This document shows, in pieces, positions 23,940 to 31,763 of a stretch of DNA of 32,137 nucleotides. The stretch covers positions 1 through 32,137 of the forward strand of contig SKZS01000077.1 in NCBI GenBank assembly GCA_007127255.1, written 5' to 3'. Every line of letters starts with the position of its first letter. The first letter of the stretch is position 1. The stretch comes from Syntrophomonadaceae bacterium (GTDB lineage Bacteria; Bacillota; Dethiobacteria; DTU022). The notes beneath the pieces are model-generated. The model ran no database searches. It was not told where the DNA came from and worked only from the letters and a program-made list of their open reading frames with translations. The position numbers and the translations under genes were made by a program.

Positions 23940-25607
23940 GTGTCATCTAAAGTTGTTATTGTCGGTGGAGTAGCCGGCGGGGCTTCTACTGCCGCCCGTC
24001 TGCGTCGCCTGAGTGAAGAAGCGGAAATCGTTTTGCTGGAACGCGGCGAATATATTTCTTACGCCAACTGCGGCCTTCCCTATTACATCGGAGGAACAAT
24101 CGAAGAAAGAGACAGCCTTTTTGTCATGACTCCGGAAAAGTTTAAGGCATGGCTGAATATTGATGTGCGAACCTTGAATGAAGCTGTTAGCATTGACCGC
24201 GAAAATAAGGAAATCGAGGTGTTGGACAAAACCACCAATCAGAAATACCGGGAAAGCTATGATTGCCTGGTTCTTTCACCGGGCGCCGAGCCGCTGCGCC
24301 CTCCCCTGCCCGGGATCAACAGCAAAGGCATTTACAGCCTGAGAACAGTCAATGATGCTGACCGTATTTTTGATCACTTGAAAGAAAAATGCCCGCAAAA
24401 AGCTGTTGTAGTAGGGGCCGGTTATATTGGCCTGGAGATGGCCGAAAACCTGTACCACCGCGGCCTGGAGGTCACCGTTGTGGAACTCGCTCCCCAGGTT
24501 CTGCCGCCTGTTGACGCTGATATGGCAGCACTGGTTCAACAATATCTGCGCGCCAGGGGTGTACAGCTTCATTTAGGCAGTGGTGTTAAACAGTTCCATC
24601 AAACTGAAAAAGGCGGTCTTGAAGTTGAACTAAACAACGGCGAACTGTTGGAATCCGACCTTATAATCCTTTCAATTGGTGTAAAACCGGAAACGAAGCT
24701 GGCCCAGGAGGCCGGATTAGCGGTCGAAAGGGGAATAAAGGTTAACGAACAGATGCAGACGAGCGACCCTTCAATATATGCTTTAGGTGATGCTGTTGAG
24801 GTTATCCACCTGATCACCGGTAAACCGGCAGTAATTCCCCTGGCCGGACCTGCCAATAAGCAGGGGCGTATTGTCGCAAACAACATCGCCGGAAAATTTG
24901 ATACTTACAAAGGAACCCAGGGCACCTCCGTTTTAAAAATATTTGATATGACTGTTGCTACAACGGGCGCAAATGAGCGAATTCTAAATGATGCAGGCTT
25001 AGAATACCAGAGCATTATTATTCATCCCAATGACCATGCCGGTTATTATCCCGGGGCCTCTCCCCTGTCGCTCAAGCTGCTTTTCAGCCCCGAAGGAACT
25101 ATACTGGGTGCCCAGGCTCTGGGTTACGGAGGAGTGGAAAAACGGATTGACGTGCTTGCTACCGCCTTGCGCGCAAGCAGCAGCATCTATGATCTGCAGG
25201 AGCTGGAGCTGGCCTATGCTCCGCCATACTCTTCGGCAAAGGATCCGGTCAATATGGCCGGCTTTGTTGCCGGCAACAAGCTGCAAAATGGTTATGAAAC
25301 CATCGAAGCGCTTGAATTGCTGGAATCAGTTTCGGATAATATGCAAATAATTGATGTGCGTGAAGCAGAAGAATTTGAACTCGGCAATATCCCGGGCAGT
25401 ATAAATATCCCCCTGGGACAACTGCGCGAGCAACTGGAAATACTTGATCGCAAAAAGGAAGCAGTCACCTACTGCAGTGTCGGCCTGCGCTCTTACCTGG
25501 CATCGCGCATTCTTATCCTAAACGGTTTTAAAAAAGTGCGTAACTTAAATGGCGGCTACCATATATTCCAGGCTTTACAAAGTGAAAATAACAACTCAAA
25601 AACATAA
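23940..25607 (+). CDS. CoA-disulfide reductase / CoA-persulfide reductase-type pyridine nucleotide-disulfide oxidoreductase with a C-terminal rhodanese domain
   Basis: It has VVIVGGVAGGASTAARLRR (FAD), the redox Cys in SYANCGLPYY and the NAD(P) motif VVGAGYIGLEMAE. The C-terminal rhodanese domain (IIDVREAEEFELGNIPGSINIPL) carries the active Cys in YCSVGLRS. The ORF-track frame opens at TTG 23922. GTG 23940, 9 nt after GGAGAGG, gives the canonical MSSKVVIVGG start. Confidence 0.85.
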   Translation: MSSKVVIVGGVAGGASTAARLRRLSEEAEIVLLERGEYISYANCGLPYYIGGTIEERDSLFVMTPEKFKAWLNIDVRTLNEAVSIDRENKEIEVLDKTTNQKYRESYDCLVLSPGAEPLRPPLPGINSKGIYSLRTVNDADRIFDHLKEKCPQKAVVVGAGYIGLEMAENLYHRGLEVTVVELAPQVLPPVDADMAALVQQYLRARGVQLHLGSGVKQFHQTEKGGLEVELNNGELLESDLIILSIGVKPETKLAQEAGLAVERGIKVNEQMQTSDPSIYALGDAVEVIHLITGKPAVIPLAGPANKQGRIVANNIAGKFDTYKGTQGTSVLKIFDMTVATTGANERILNDAGLEYQSIIIHPNDHAGYYPGASPLSLKLLFSPEGTILGAQALGYGGVEKRIDVLATALRASSSIYDLQELELAYAPPYSSAKDPVNMAGFVAGNKLQNGYETIEALELLESVSDNMQIIDVREAEEFELGNIPGSINIPLGQLREQLEILDRKKEAVTYCSVGLRSYLASRILILNGFKKVRNLNGGYHIFQALQSENNNSKT

Positions 25608-25611
25608 GAAG

Positions 25612-25703
25612 GTGGGACAAGGGGACAGGTTCCTTGTCCCACACTTTTTCCCTCTCTCAGGGACAAGGGGACAGGTTCCTTGTCCCACACTTTTTCCCTC
25701 TCT
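25612..25703 (+). repeat. tandem duplication of a 44-nt hairpin element (two intrinsic-terminator-like stem-loops)
   Basis: Two identical units lie at 25614-25657 and 25660-25703 (period 46). The unit is GGGACAAGGGGACAGGTTCCTTGTCCCACACTTTTTCCCTCTCT. Each forms a 9-11 bp GC-rich stem (GTGGGACAAGG / CCTTGTCCCAC) with a 9-nt loop, followed by ACTTTTT. The array starts 5 nt after the CoADR stop. Confidence 0.85.
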
Positions 25704-25757
25704 GAAGGAAACAAACAGGCCACATAGAAGTACCTGTTAATAATTCTTTGGAGAGGA

Positions 25758-26294
25758 ATGGGCACAGTGAAAAATACCGCTTTCATTCTTTTAATTGTTG
25801 TCTTTTTTGTTTTAGTGGTGACATTTTATCTTGGTGGGACTCCCCTTGTTGCAGAGGGTTTGACCCGGGCAGGAGAAACCGCGATGCGGGCCTCCCTGCT
25901 TATTATCACTGCTTTTATTGTTATTGGCCAACTGCAGGTAATGATTTCTTCCGAGATGATAAAAAAATGGCTGGATAAGTATTCTGGCAATAAAAGTTTA
26001 GTTTACAGTTCCCTGGCAGGCGGCCTTTTCCCCGGAGGACCATATATATTCTACCCTTTTTTAGCAGGATTTAAGGGCAAGGGCATTCCTTTCTATATCA
26101 TTTTTTCTTTCGTTATTGGCAAGCAAAACTATGACTTTACCCGCCTGCCCCTGGAAATCAGCCTGACCACCCCCGGCTTAGCGATCTTAAGAAATATTAT
26201 TACTCTTCCTTTCCCCTTTATAATGGGCTTGATCGTCAGACGTTTTTTCCCAAAAGGTTTTGGGGAGAAGTATAGGGAACAGGGTGAACAGTAA
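25758..26294 (+). CDS. membrane permease half A (UPF0718/DUF318-like 'two-component permease' subunit)
   Basis: 178 aa with 4-5 hydrophobic segments. It resembles the paired ~170-aa permease subunits annotated as a putative two-component membrane permease complex in streptococci (from memory). GTG 25767 is 10 nt from GGAGAGG and may be the true start. The stop overlaps the next start in TAATG. Confidence 0.55.
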   Translation: MGTVKNTAFILLIVVFFVLVVTFYLGGTPLVAEGLTRAGETAMRASLLIITAFIVIGQLQVMISSEMIKKWLDKYSGNKSLVYSSLAGGLFPGGPYIFYPFLAGFKGKGIPFYIIFSFVIGKQNYDFTRLPLEISLTTPGLAILRNIITLPFPFIMGLIVRRFFPKGFGEKYREQGEQ

Positions 26295-26779
26295 TGGCGA
26301 TGCCGACCATAGTATTTTTGATCCTGGCTGTTATTCTTTTTTTGATAAACCTGAGGAGCGGCAAACACTGGGAAGGTTTAAGGAGCGCGGTTAAACAATT
26401 TATTGTTGTCCTGCCGGTTATCCTGCTGGCCATGTTGCTGGCAGGATTGCTCGAAATTCTGATCCCCGAAGAATTCATTAAGCGCTGGTTGTCCCAGGAA
26501 GCCGGGTTGACCGGAATTATACTTGGCACTTTTGGCGGCATGCTTATGGCTTTCGGCCCTTATGCATCTTATCCAATTATAGCTACTATTTATCATGCCG
26601 GTGCCGGCCTTGGTACGACCATAGCGCTGCTGGCAGGATGGACTTACCTCAGCCTGTCAAGAATACCCTTTGAAAGCAGTTTTTTAGGCTTGAGATTCAC
26701 TTTCTTACGGATGACGCTGGGGTTAATATTTACTATCCTTGCCGGAGTTATCGCTCATTTGATTGAACTGCTTTTTTAA
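26294..26779 (+). CDS. membrane permease half B (partner of 25758-26294)
   Basis: 161 aa with 4-5 hydrophobic segments. Its ATG overlaps the upstream TAA by 1 nt (translational coupling). Confidence 0.55.
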   Translation: MAMPTIVFLILAVILFLINLRSGKHWEGLRSAVKQFIVVLPVILLAMLLAGLLEILIPEEFIKRWLSQEAGLTGIILGTFGGMLMAFGPYASYPIIATIYHAGAGLGTTIALLAGWTYLSLSRIPFESSFLGLRFTFLRMTLGLIFTILAGVIAHLIELLF

Positions 26780-26803
26780 CCTGCTCAAGCAGATATTTCA
26801 GGG

Positions 26804-27247
26804 TCAATTTTCAACAGCTTCATTGATCATTTCGTCCAGTACTTTTAAAAAGTTTAAGTCATTTTTTACCGTACGTTTCCTGGGCCCCCTGGTCCTGCCC
26901 CCACTGCGGCGGTATTTGGCTTTCATCGCCCGTTCTTCCAATAAAAAGTCTATATTTTCCGGCCTGTATTCTCTGCCATTGGGACTTAAACATCTGGCCT
27001 GCTTTCCGACAATCATCGCAGCCAGGCCCCAATCCTGGGTAACAACGATATCACCCTTTTCGGTAAGGTTCATGACCTTAAGATCAGCTTCCTGTGAATC
27101 ACTTCCGACGACAACATGATGGTCCGATTCAATATCATGATTAAAACTGGCCACCGTCCATACCTCAATATTGTATTTGCGGCCCATATCAAAACATGCC
27201 TGCAGCACTCCCTTAGGGCAGGCATCTGCATCCACGATTACTTTCAT
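26804..27247 (-). CDS. YaiI/YqxD family protein (UPF0178/DUF188)
   Basis: 147 aa. The N-terminus [14 protein letters not shown] and the segment [11 protein letters not shown] are characteristic of the family. Confidence 0.75.
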   Translation of the reverse strand: MKVIVDADACPKGVLQACFDMGRKYNIEVWTVASFNHDIESDHHVVVGSDSQEADLKVMNLTEKGDIVVTQDWGLAAMIVGKQARCLSPNGREYRPENIDFLLEERAMKAKYRRSGGRTRGPRKRTVKNDLNFLKVLDEMINEAVEN

Positions 27248-27340
27248 AGCAGCTAAAATCCCTTCTTTGACGAATATTTATCGGTTAAAAGGCACAGAGG
27301 TTCCCTGGATGGTTAATAAAGCCAAAAATGGAGCGATATG

Positions 27341-27399
27341 GTGGGACAAGTGACCTGTCCCCTTGTCCCGGGGACAGGGGGACAGGTCACTTGTCCCAC
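27341..27399. repeat. 59-nt near-perfect palindrome related to the 25.6-kb hairpin repeats
   Basis: The 22-nt arms are GTGGGACAAGTGACCTGTCCCC (27341-27362) and GGGGACAGGTCACTTGTCCCAC (27378-27399). The 15-nt centre is itself self-complementary (TGTCCC-G-GGGACA). The minus strand at 27369-27354 carries GGGACAAGGGGACAGG, the same 16-mer found in both units at 25614 and 25660. It lies 10 nt downstream of the cysE stop. Confidence 0.85.
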
Positions 27400-27409
27400 C
27401 TGGTAAGCA

Positions 27410-28393
27410 TCAGCCGGAATGGGAATCCTTCTTATCAGAGCCCTGGCGGTAAATCAGCTGCGGTGTTTCTATAAGCACCTGCGTATCGGGCGGCACCGAT
27501 TCTGTTAGCCAGACGTTACCACCGATTACAGATCTTGCTCCAATGGTAGTACTGCCTCCGAGGATTGTGGCCCCCGAATAAATAATCACTTCATCTTCAA
27601 TGTCGGGATGGCGCTTCCGGCCCCGGTATTTATCGCCTGCCCCGCGGGGCAGGGAAAGCGCGCCTAAGGTTACACCCTGGTAAATGCGAACATCTTTACC
27701 GATTGTAGTCGTTTCACCGATCACTACCCCCGTTCCATGGTCTATCACAAAGCGTTCGGCAATTTCCGCCCCCGGGTGAATATCGATACCGGTCTGCCCG
27801 TGGGCATGTTCGGTCATGATCCTGGGTAAAAGCGGCACCTCGTTTTTATACAGAAGGTTTGCCACCCTGTAAACTGTAATTGCATAAATACCCGGGTAAC
27901 TGAAAATTATTTCATCATAGCTCCGGGAAGCAGGATCTCCTTCATATGCAGCTTTAACATCTTCCTCCAGGGTATCCCTGATAGCAGGGATATTATCTAA
28001 AACCTTCAGGGTAATATCATAACCGGAATCAATGCACTCCCGGCAGGTCAGGTTGTAGCGTATGCAATCGTGACGAATGCTGCTGATGACCTGCTCGGAG
28101 AGCATCATAAAAAGCTCAGTTACTCCCTGACCGATATAATAGCTTAAGTTAACCGGATCGATCTTTTCAGGATTAAAATATCCCGGGAATATTATCTCCA
28201 TCAGTTTATTGATGATGTTTACTACAGACTCTTTAGAAGGTATCGGTTCAAAATCGACATGGCTGTTACATTTACGCTCATTACAGCTATCAATAATTTT
28301 TTTTGTTACCTGGGGCAGTTTTTTGCGATAGCCCGCCAGGATTTCTTCTTCTGTAAGACAATTGCTATCTTTTCTTTGGCCATGGTCTGCCAT
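27410..28393 (-). CDS. cysE: serine O-acetyltransferase (long N-terminal form)
   Basis: 327 aa with the left-handed beta-helix hexapeptide region DIHPGAEIAERFVIDHGTGVVIGETTTIGKDVRIYQGVTLGA. An SAT-type helical N-domain precedes it. Confidence 0.85.
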   Translation of the reverse strand: MADHGQRKDSNCLTEEEILAGYRKKLPQVTKKIIDSCNERKCNSHVDFEPIPSKESVVNIINKLMEIIFPGYFNPEKIDPVNLSYYIGQGVTELFMMLSEQVISSIRHDCIRYNLTCRECIDSGYDITLKVLDNIPAIRDTLEEDVKAAYEGDPASRSYDEIIFSYPGIYAITVYRVANLLYKNEVPLLPRIMTEHAHGQTGIDIHPGAEIAERFVIDHGTGVVIGETTTIGKDVRIYQGVTLGALSLPRGAGDKYRGRKRHPDIEDEVIIYSGATILGGSTTIGARSVIGGNVWLTESVPPDTQVLIETPQLIYRQGSDKKDSHSG

Positions 28394-28469
28394 TATCTAT
28401 CACTCCAAACAATTCGAACAACTTTAATTATTTTTTAAGCTTTTTTTCAATAGATATACTTACAGTTAA

Positions 28470-28499
28470 ATTATACACCTAAAGTTTGACTGACTTCAA
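28470..28499 (-). promoter_or_regulatory. candidate cysE promoter
   Basis: The minus strand reads TTGAAG (28499-28494), an 18-nt spacer ending in TG, then TATAAT (28475-28470). This is about 75 nt upstream of ATG 28393. I could see no T-box or S-box-like leader. Confidence 0.5.
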
Positions 28500-28638
28500 T
28501 AAAGGCAGCTGCAATGATTTGAAATCTCCTGCGGAAAACCACATGACTTGATGAAATCCCTGGAAAAATTTCTCTTTACAGCCTATATATTAATAGCTTT
28601 AGTTGTTGAGCTCTATGTAAAGCAAGTGGATTTTTAGT

Positions 28639-28667
28639 TTTTGAAAAGGCCCGGGTTATGCTATACT
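28639..28667 (+). promoter_or_regulatory. candidate promoter of the GH18 gene
   Basis: TTGAAA sits at 28641-28646 (spacer only 15 nt), or TTTTGA at 28639-28644 (spacer 17 nt). The extended -10 TGCTATACT occupies 28659-28667. This places the TSS inside the ORF-track start and supports a downstream start codon. Confidence 0.4.
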
Positions 28668-28709
28668 TTAATGGCCGATTCGGAAGGATTGCCCGGAGGT
28701 GTTCATCAG

Positions 28710-29843
28710 TTGAGATTAACGAAAAACAGGCGCCAAAACTCCAGACTGTTTTCCTGGAATCAAAAAATAACCGGATTAGCCATAATCATCTTTACGCTTG
28801 CAGTGCTTATAGCAGTAATATTTTATGGTTTTTTTCAGGTTGATCCGTCCATTGATAGAGCTGAAGTAGGCAAAACTGAACCATCCGAACCGCTGGTTAT
28901 CGTCTGGGAGTATGCGGCAATCGAAGCTGAACCGTCAACAATCAGCCAGATGCCTTCACTCCAGGTTGTTTCACCAACCTGGTTTCATATCATAGACGAA
29001 ACAGGTACCATAGATAGTCAATTTGACAAAGATTATCTCATTTGGGCAAGGGAACGCGGCTACGATGTCTGGGCCCTGGTTACCAATAGCTTCGATCCTG
29101 ATATAACTGCAGCCATTCTCAGCAATGAGGAGATCCGGCACAGCATTGTTGACGATCTAATCAACCTGGCCCTTAAATATGAGCTTGAAGGTCTTAATAT
29201 TGATTTCGAAAACTTTCACAGCGATTATCGCGATCTCTTCACGAAATTCGTAAGTGAACTGGCAGAACGCTGCCGCGAAGAACATATAATCGTTTCGGTT
29301 GATGTAACGATGATCTCAAACTCGACATACTGGAGTGCCGGTTATGACCGCGCCGCCCTGGCTGAAGCGGCAGACTACATTATCCTGATGGCTTATGATG
29401 AACACTGGGTTTCATCACCGGTAGCCGGTTCTGTAGCTTCTCTGCCGTGGGTGGAGCGCGGCCTGGAACGGGTGTTAAACGAAGTTCCCCCGGAAAAACT
29501 AATCCTGGGTGTACCTTTCTACACCCGCTTATGGCAAATAGATAAATCAGGTGATGAGCCGTTAGTTTTAAACAGCTGGGCCTACTCCATGCACAGGGCA
29601 GAAGAAATAATTGAGGAAAATGAAGCAAATCTACACTGGGACGGTGACGCTCTTCAATACGTAGCAACCTATACCAAAAACGGCCTGGACTATGTAATGT
29701 GGCTTGAAGATACTACTTCGACGAGTTACCGCCTGGAGTTAGTCAGCCGTTATGAACTGGCAGGCATGGCCGCCTGGAGGCGCGGTCTGGAAAAAGAGGA
29801 AATATGGCTGCTTATAGATGATTGGCTAACAACCACCAGGTAA
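28710..29843 (+). CDS. glycoside hydrolase family 18 protein with an N-terminal membrane anchor (YaaH/YdhD-like peptidoglycan/chitin hydrolase)
   Basis: It has the GH18 catalytic-strand motif GLNIDFENF and YIILMAYDEHW. There is a TM segment LAIIIFTLAVLIAVIFYGFF. The ORF-track frame opens at TTG 28641. In-frame TTG 28710, 8 nt after GGAGGTG, is preferred. Confidence 0.75.
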   Translation: MRLTKNRRQNSRLFSWNQKITGLAIIIFTLAVLIAVIFYGFFQVDPSIDRAEVGKTEPSEPLVIVWEYAAIEAEPSTISQMPSLQVVSPTWFHIIDETGTIDSQFDKDYLIWARERGYDVWALVTNSFDPDITAAILSNEEIRHSIVDDLINLALKYELEGLNIDFENFHSDYRDLFTKFVSELAERCREEHIIVSVDVTMISNSTYWSAGYDRAALAEAADYIILMAYDEHWVSSPVAGSVASLPWVERGLERVLNEVPPEKLILGVPFYTRLWQIDKSGDEPLVLNSWAYSMHRAEEIIEENEANLHWDGDALQYVATYTKNGLDYVMWLEDTTSTSYRLELVSRYELAGMAAWRRGLEKEEIWLLIDDWLTTTR

Positions 29844-30013
29844 GTGTATAATGAGCTTAAATCAGCATATTTTATGAAGTGAGACCAATTATAACCGGGC
29901 CAACACTGTAACCCCACAACTGCGAAGTATATCTTGTCATTTCCAGAACTCCGGAGTAAAATCTAAACAGTATAAGAGTCAACTATAAACTTGCAGGAGC
30001 GTCAATTACCGCT

Positions 30014-30769
30014 GTGAAAAAACCCGGCCAGCCTTATTCCGGATTCGCCGATATTTACGATCAGATAATGTGCAGCGTAGATTATGAAGCCTGGGCTGAC
30101 TACGTGGAACAACTGCTCAACCGCTTCTCGAAAAACCCCCGTTCCCTGGTTGATTTGGCCTGCGGCACAGGAAATTCTACTCTGCCCTTCGCCCGTCGCG
30201 GTTACCTGACCGCGGGAGTAGACCTCTCCCCCGAAATGTTGGAACGGGCCCGCAGCAAAACAGCCCAAAATGGACTCCGGGCTAATTTTTTTGAACAGGA
30301 CCTCCGCCGCCTTGACCTGCCGGAGGAGTACGATTTAGCCCTGCTTTTCCAGGACGGCTTCAACTATATCCTCAGCGAAAAAGAATTATCCGAAGCAATT
30401 AACCAGGTTTACCAGGCGCTGAAACCTGGTTCGCTATTCATTTTCGACCTGACCCGCCCATCGCTACGCTCAGATGGCGATACCGGGAATGTATCGTGGG
30501 CTGATCAGGATGATTACGCCTTGATCGTGGAGAGCAGCTATAGTTCCAAAGAAGACCTCTGGTCAGCCCGGTTAACTGTTTTCCAAAAGTTAGAAAACGG
30601 CTTCTACAGAAAGTTCCAGGAGATGCACCATGAAAAAGATCACGATCCGGACCTGGTTGCCAGGCTGTTGGAAAAGACCGGGTTTAAATTGCTGGACATC
30701 TACCCCAGTTTCAGTCTGGAACCGGCAGGCAGTTCTGAGCCGAAACTTACCTTTGTTGCTGAAACATAA
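30014..30769 (+). CDS. class I SAM-dependent methyltransferase
   Basis: 251 aa with motif I LVDLACGTGNSTLPFARRG and post-I VDLSPEML. The GTG start has only a weak or distant GGAG, so the start is uncertain. Confidence 0.75.
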   Translation: MKKPGQPYSGFADIYDQIMCSVDYEAWADYVEQLLNRFSKNPRSLVDLACGTGNSTLPFARRGYLTAGVDLSPEMLERARSKTAQNGLRANFFEQDLRRLDLPEEYDLALLFQDGFNYILSEKELSEAINQVYQALKPGSLFIFDLTRPSLRSDGDTGNVSWADQDDYALIVESSYSSKEDLWSARLTVFQKLENGFYRKFQEMHHEKDHDPDLVARLLEKTGFKLLDIYPSFSLEPAGSSEPKLTFVAET

Positions 30770-30980
30770 AAATAACCTGGATAAAAATCTCCAGCCCCTT
30801 TTTCCGCTTCGAAAACAGCCAAATAGATCAATAAACTTTTAAGTATCGGTAATAACACTGCATAACAATGCAGGCTAACAATTTATTCACTTGGCCTGCC
30901 ATAGATTGCGCCGGACACAATTTTCAGAACTGACAATTCGAAACCTTATTGCCTGCCCCTGGTTAAAGAGCAGCACATTT

Positions 30981-31763
30981 TTACTTGAAGGCCTCAAGAT
31001 AGGATTTAACCCGTTCTGTTATTTCCTTTTTTCCTCCTCCTTCTTCCACCAACCTGACTATCGCACTGCCAATGATCACGGCGTCTCCTTCATCACCAAG
31101 CGACGCCACCTGCTGCGGACGGGAAATTCCGAACCCGAGGGCCAGGGGCATATCAGTATAAGAACGAACCCGCTTTAACAGCTCTCGGCCCGACGCAGGG
31201 ATATCTTCTCTTGCCCCGGTAACACCTGTAACAGAAACACAGTAGATAAAACCTCCCGCCTGCTGGGTGGTGGCACGGATTCGTTCAGTTGAACTGGTAG
31301 GCGAAAGGAGGTTAATAAAGTGGATGCCGGCATTGGTCAAGACCCGACTCAGGGTTTCACTTTCCTCGAGGGGCAAATCCGGAACGATTATTCCATCAAT
31401 GCCACTCTTCCGGGCATCTTCTACGAAACGATCGATTCCGTATGATAAAACCGGGTTGTAATAGCTCATAATAAGAAGTGGGATATCAGTCTTAGAACGT
31501 AATTTAGCAGCCAGGTTAAGCACATCATTTAAAGTTACCCCCTTTTTTAGGGCTCGGGCTGAAGCAGCCTGGATAACCGGGCCATCGGCAACGGGATCAG
31601 AAAAGGGGACTCCCAATTCGACCATGGCGACACCGCTGAGCGCCATTTCCATCACAAGGTCTTCTGTAGCTGCCAGATCAGGATCGCCGGCCGTCAGGTA
31701 GGCAATAACGCCTTTGCGACCTGCAGCTCTTAAGCTTTTAAACCTCTTGTCTATCCTGTTCAT
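30981..31763 (-). CDS. trpA: tryptophan synthase alpha chain
   Basis: 260 aa with [26 protein letters not shown] and GFGIS motifs. Its start overlaps the trpB stop (ATGA). Confidence 0.95.
   Translation of the reverse strand: MNRIDKRFKSLRAAGRKGVIAYLTAGDPDLAATEDLVMEMALSGVAMVELGVPFSDPVADGPVIQAASARALKKGVTLNDVLNLAAKLRSKTDIPLLIMSYYNPVLSYGIDRFVEDARKSGIDGIIVPDLPLEESETLSRVLTNAGIHFINLLSPTSSTERIRATTQQAGGFIYCVSVTGVTGAREDIPASGRELLKRVRSYTDMPLALGFGISRPQQVASLGDEGDAVIIGSAIVRLVEEGGGKKEITERVKSYLEAFK

Noticed and set aside
25612-25703. The tandem 44-nt repeats as a possible CRISPR array.
   Set aside because: There are only two units, separated by 2 nt rather than a spacer of about 30 nt. Each unit is a hairpin plus T-run directly after a stop codon. 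No cas genes are in the window.
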